Of a stretch of 64,000 nt of DNA, positions 60,161 through 64,000 are shown piece by piece. Origin of the DNA: Alloascoidea hylecoeti (taxonomy: Eukaryota); NCBI GenBank assembly GCA_001600815.1, contig BCKZ01000018.1, positions 62,001 through 126,000 on the forward strand, written 5' to 3'. A model generated the notes under the pieces. The model searched no databases. It had not been told where the DNA came from and saw only the letters and a list, made by a program, of their open reading frames with translations. How positions within the stretch are numbered: the stretch's first letter is position 1; each line of letters opens with the position of its first letter. The translations under genes were made by a program, and so were the position numbers.

Positions 60161-61760
60161 ATGTACTGCAATACAATTTTGGCTGGATTATCGTTTTCTG
60201 GCAGTAATATCAGGCTTACGAAAAATGTATCTGGAGCATTTGGCGGAGCTCGGAGAATAATCTCCAAACGTTATTTAGTTAATACTATTCAATTACAGCG
60301 ATCATTTGTATCTCAAGAACTATCCAGTTGCAATTCTAATGTTAATGATGTAAATAATAAATTTCCGCGTAAGTTAAATTATCAAGTTACCATGTAATTT
60401 GTTGAAATGGTATATTAATACTTGAATAATAATGCTAATTCAATAATAAAATTCATTATAATATCTGGTAGAAACTTCAAATTTGGAAAAACGTCCCAAG
60501 CATAAGTATGCTATTTTGTTTGGTTATTCTGGAGAAGGATACCAAGGTCTACAATATAATCATGATCTCAATACAATAGAAAAAGAAATTTTCAGTGTTC
60601 TTGTTGAACTAAATGCCATTTCTGAAATGAATGGGAAAGATCCAAAGAAGTTTTCTTTAAGAAGAGCATCTAGAACTGATAAAGGTGTTCATGCCTTAGG
60701 AAATTTATTATCTTTAAAAATGTATTCAATGGATACTTCTATTACGAAAGATAAAATAAACGCTAAATTGCCTGATACTATTAGAATATGGGATATTAAG
60801 CGCACAGTGAAAAGTTTTGATGCTAGAATGAGATGTGTAGAACGAATATATGAATTTTCAGTTCCATCTTCATGCTTCTTACCTCCTAGGCCTTCTAGTA
60901 CACTTGCCAATACTATTAGAACAAACATTGAACAATTTCCAAACCAAAGTCATGACCGATTTGAACAAGGTTTAAACTTTTGGAAAGATATAGGGGACAA
61001 ATTTAAAAGTGATGGATATTCTGAAGAGGAGATAGTTAACCTGATGAACCAGCTTGATCTACAAAGATCTAGACAATTTATTGAAAATTTTACTAATCAT
61101 CGGAATATAGAAAATTTTGATCAGATCGAAGATACTGATCAATTAGTCAAATTGAAGACTGTTGAAAATGAATCCAAAAAGAACTTTAGAATTTCACAAG
61201 AGATGCTACAAAATATCAAAGATACGTTTAAATTGTACGAAGGTACAAATAACTTTCACAATTTTGCAGATGGTGTCAAACATACAGATGGTGTTACCTC
61301 CTACATTAGAAAAACTTCAATAGAAGAACCGATTATATATAATGGATCAGAATGGTTGCGTTTTATCATACATGGACAATCATTCAAAAGACATCAAATT
61401 AGAAGAATGATTGCCCTAATAATATATGTAATAAGAACAGGATGTTCTGGAGATAAAATCAAAAATGCATTGTCTTCCAAAGAAATCCAAATACCACTAA
61501 TGCCTGCTTCAGGATTAATCTTAAGAGAGTGTGATTTTACATCAGCGAACACTAAACTTGTACAATTTGGATATGAGCCACTTTTATTTAACAAATATTC
61601 AAAAGAAATTGAAAAGTTAAGGGATGAAGTTCTTTATCCTTCTATTATGTCCCCAGATTTGAAAGACTTGCCTTCATTATTGTATTTAGATTTCATTGAT
61701 CAAGTATCTGACTTGTCCTGTTTAATTGAGAATCAATCTTGTTCACATCAATGGGCTTAA
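60161..61760 (+). CDS. TruA-family pseudouridine synthase (Pus1/Pus2-like), probably mitochondrial; exons 60161-60368 and 60472-61760
   Basis: GYSGEGYQGLQ, catalytic SRTDKGVHA, GTNNFHNF and GQSF..HQIRRM; intron GTAAGT..TGCTAAT..TAG joins a presequence-like exon 1 in frame. Confidence 0.88.
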
Positions 61761-61926
61761 TACTTTCATTCAATTTAAATATAAAAGTCGGTTTCGAGCC
61801 TAGTAGATAGCTACAAGTATAATATTAGACCTGTAGGCCTAAAGATAGAAAGAAAAATGTAAGGTATAACGCTAACTTATAGACCCCATGATTAAAAATG
61901 TAATTTATAAGTTTATGGTTTGTCCA

Positions 61927-62515
61927 CTAACATCCAACTACCGACCCATAGTCCCCCATTAGTCGCTGGATCATCAATTGAATCACAGGTTCAGGATTAG
62001 CTAGTCCGGTAATTGGAGAAGCCGCATAATTAGGTGAATCTGTCACATCATGATTAGAGTGTAATGACCAGAGCTTATCAAGATCTGAGTCATAATCCTC
62101 CTAATCCGAAAAGACCGAAATCTCATCTGGATACATGGCAGTGGATACTACGGCAGAATCTGCAGCTCTGGCGACAGGAGGAGAAACTACAGACTCAACC
62201 AAAGTGGGAGCTGGAGTGGCAACGGAACCAGTAGAAGTTTCTGAAGCAAAATCATTGGCAACAGCAGTTGGTGTAGATGATGAAGCATGAACGGAGCGAT
62301 ACTCATTAAAATCAGCAGTGACTAGAGAAACAGTAGTTACAGTACTAGTAGAAGTTCCTGGAGCACCATCAACTGCAACGCCAGAAGAAGGTGCTGATGA
62401 TGTTGAGGGAACGGAGCCAGGCTCAATACATTCGATATTCTAGAACAGAAGTGGTGCTTCTTGTTCTGTAAGACTTCTTGAAAGAACGAGTGTTGAGATC
62501 GTTATTGAAAACCAT
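61927..62515 (-). pseudogene. Disrupted Ser/Thr/Ala/Pro-rich ORF of unknown family
   Basis: ATG at 62515 (AATAATG), frameshift near 62443, about 112 open codons (EPGSVPSTSSAPSS..), in-frame TAG at 62103-62101 within SD*EDYDSD, then 57 more codons; coding-like composition and an internal repeat. Confidence 0.5.
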
Positions 62516-62731
62516 TATTAAATATAATAATTGAAAAATTTATGTAAAAGTTGAAAAATATCATTTCCTGAAAGATTTCTGTAAGCTGTTTTTATACAAT
62601 TGAATATATGATAGATTAAGTTGAAAGAATTATATATGCAAATTTTTATTAGAAAATTAAGATTATGGGTGGATAAAAAAGGAACTGTAAGGTTGATTTC
62701 CTACTTTTATATAATATTAGGTTAATCAACA

Positions 62732-64000
62732 TTAATAAGAATGATTTTGTGTTTCCAACATTTTCTTTAATGAGTCCTTAGTTTTTGAAACCGAAGAAGA
62801 TTCAATATTAACATTTGAAACTATACTATGACTACTCTGTATATCAAATATACTAGAAGAGTCATTACCTTGTGATATAGTTGAATTTATATCTTGAAAT
62901 TGGGAAATGATATCATTATTATCAACTGTTGATACAACGGTGGATACAGTAGTAGATGGTATTGACTTATTAAAAAATGATAAACTTGGTTTGCTTTTAA
63001 TTCCTATACTTGAAGCATGAGATGTACTGGTACGACTAGTTGATGATACTACTGTCATTGAAGTAGTTGCAGTTGAAATTGGAAATGAAGGACTAATAAA
63101 AGAGGATGAGACTTTGTACTTTTGCTTCACTCCATTATAATTTTCATTATTTGTTGTATTTGGGGTATGATCATCTATTTCTTTTTCTTTTCCTTTATGA
63201 TTTTCTGTAATTAAGTGTTTTTGATGTTTCAACTTTTCTTTTCTAATACTTGTTATGAGATCATCAAGTTCCTGTGCTTGATCAAGTCTCTCTTCTCTAG
63301 TAGTAGCAATTGATTGATTCGATGAGGTGGAAATAGTATGTTGATCTGTTTCTTTCCCAACTTCAGTGCTTACATTGTTATTATAATGCATAGTCTCAGA
63401 AGTTAAGAGGACACCTTCTGATGATTCATGAGGTTGAGAAATATATTCAAGCTCTGTTTTTGAGCCTTTATCGTGTGGTGACCCAACTTCTGATTCATCT
63501 TCTGGGTCCTCATCAGATTCTTCAACAGATTCATTTTCTCTTTTGAAGATGTCATTAAGATTACTCACGATTGGTGGATTAGCTTCTATATCACTTATAT
63601 TTTCCTCTTCGAAATCCTTATTCTTCAATGTGCGAAGTGAATGTGTATTTTCTGTAGGTTTCACTGTTGGAAATTTCGCGGTATTTGAATCATATATATC
63701 AGACCATTCGAAAAAATTAGATATGTCGCCTGGCTTTTGTAATGCTATCAGTTCGCTATTACTCTCTCCATTCCCATCATGTACTATGTCCTCATGATGC
63801 TCTTTAGCTTGAGTCGTGGTTTTGCTACTTGATTCTCGTGGTTCATTTACATCTAAATCACCGAGCAAATCTTTCTGTGCCTGTTCCAAATCATGAAGTA
63901 AATCATTCTGAGCTTTTGGAAAACTTAGCTTATGTTCAATTGAGGATTCCATCTCGTTTTCTTTCCCTTTTCCTTTCCCTTTATGCCTGTTACTCTTATG
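62732..64000 (-). CDS. 3' part of a low-complexity acidic/Ser-rich hypothetical protein (5' end outside the window)
   Basis: Frame stays open upstream of the Met at 63952 to the window edge (HKSNRHKGKGKGKENE-M); stop at 62732. Confidence 0.7.
   Translation of the reverse strand, partial: HKSNRHKGKGKGKENEMESSIEHKLSFPKAQNDLLHDLEQAQKDLLGDLDVNEPRESSSKTTTQAKEHHEDIVHDGNGESNSELIALQKPGDISNFFEWSDIYDSNTAKFPTVKPTENTHSLRTLKNKDFEEENISDIEANPPIVSNLNDIFKRENESVEESDEDPEDESEVGSPHDKGSKTELEYISQPHESSEGVLLTSETMHYNNNVSTEVGKETDQHTISTSSNQSIATTREERLDQAQELDDLITSIRKEKLKHQKHLITENHKGKEKEIDDHTPNTTNNENYNGVKQKYKVSSSFISPSFPISTATTSMTVVSSTSRTSTSHASSIGIKSKPSLSFFNKSIPSTTVSTVVSTVDNNDIISQFQDINSTISQGNDSSSIFDIQSSHSIVSNVNIESSSVSKTKDSLKKMLETQNHSY

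Overview
AT-rich eukaryotic DNA from a budding yeast (Saccharomycotina-type genes), outside Saccharomycetaceae: it encodes a respiratory complex I subunit and a Ric-8 GEF, has many short introns with relaxed splice signals (16 reconstructed by hand), and CTG appears to be Leu. About 25 genes. Most are core genes: RIC8, ARX1, INH1-like, BMH (14-3-3), PIM1, RFT1, HRD1, NCL1, FRA1, KAP122, SEN34, SRP14, NI8M, a sugar porter, YJU3, BET1, BIO2 and a PUS enzyme. SRP14 is absent from the ORF track. An accessory block at about 4.6-18 kb holds two diverged ferric-reductase/NOX-family paralogs, a decayed Tc1/mariner transposase and two about 95%-identical DHA2 MFS exporters whose differences cluster in predicted transmembrane helices. 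An orphan F-box gene carries all 13 ambiguous (N) bases I found in the window, within 360 bp and none at four-fold degenerate sites. No tRNA, rRNA or CRISPR was found. I cannot demonstrate a new system from sequence alone; the best leads are the F-box hypervariable patch, the diversifying MFS pair and the transposon relic. All gene names come from recognised motifs, not database searches.
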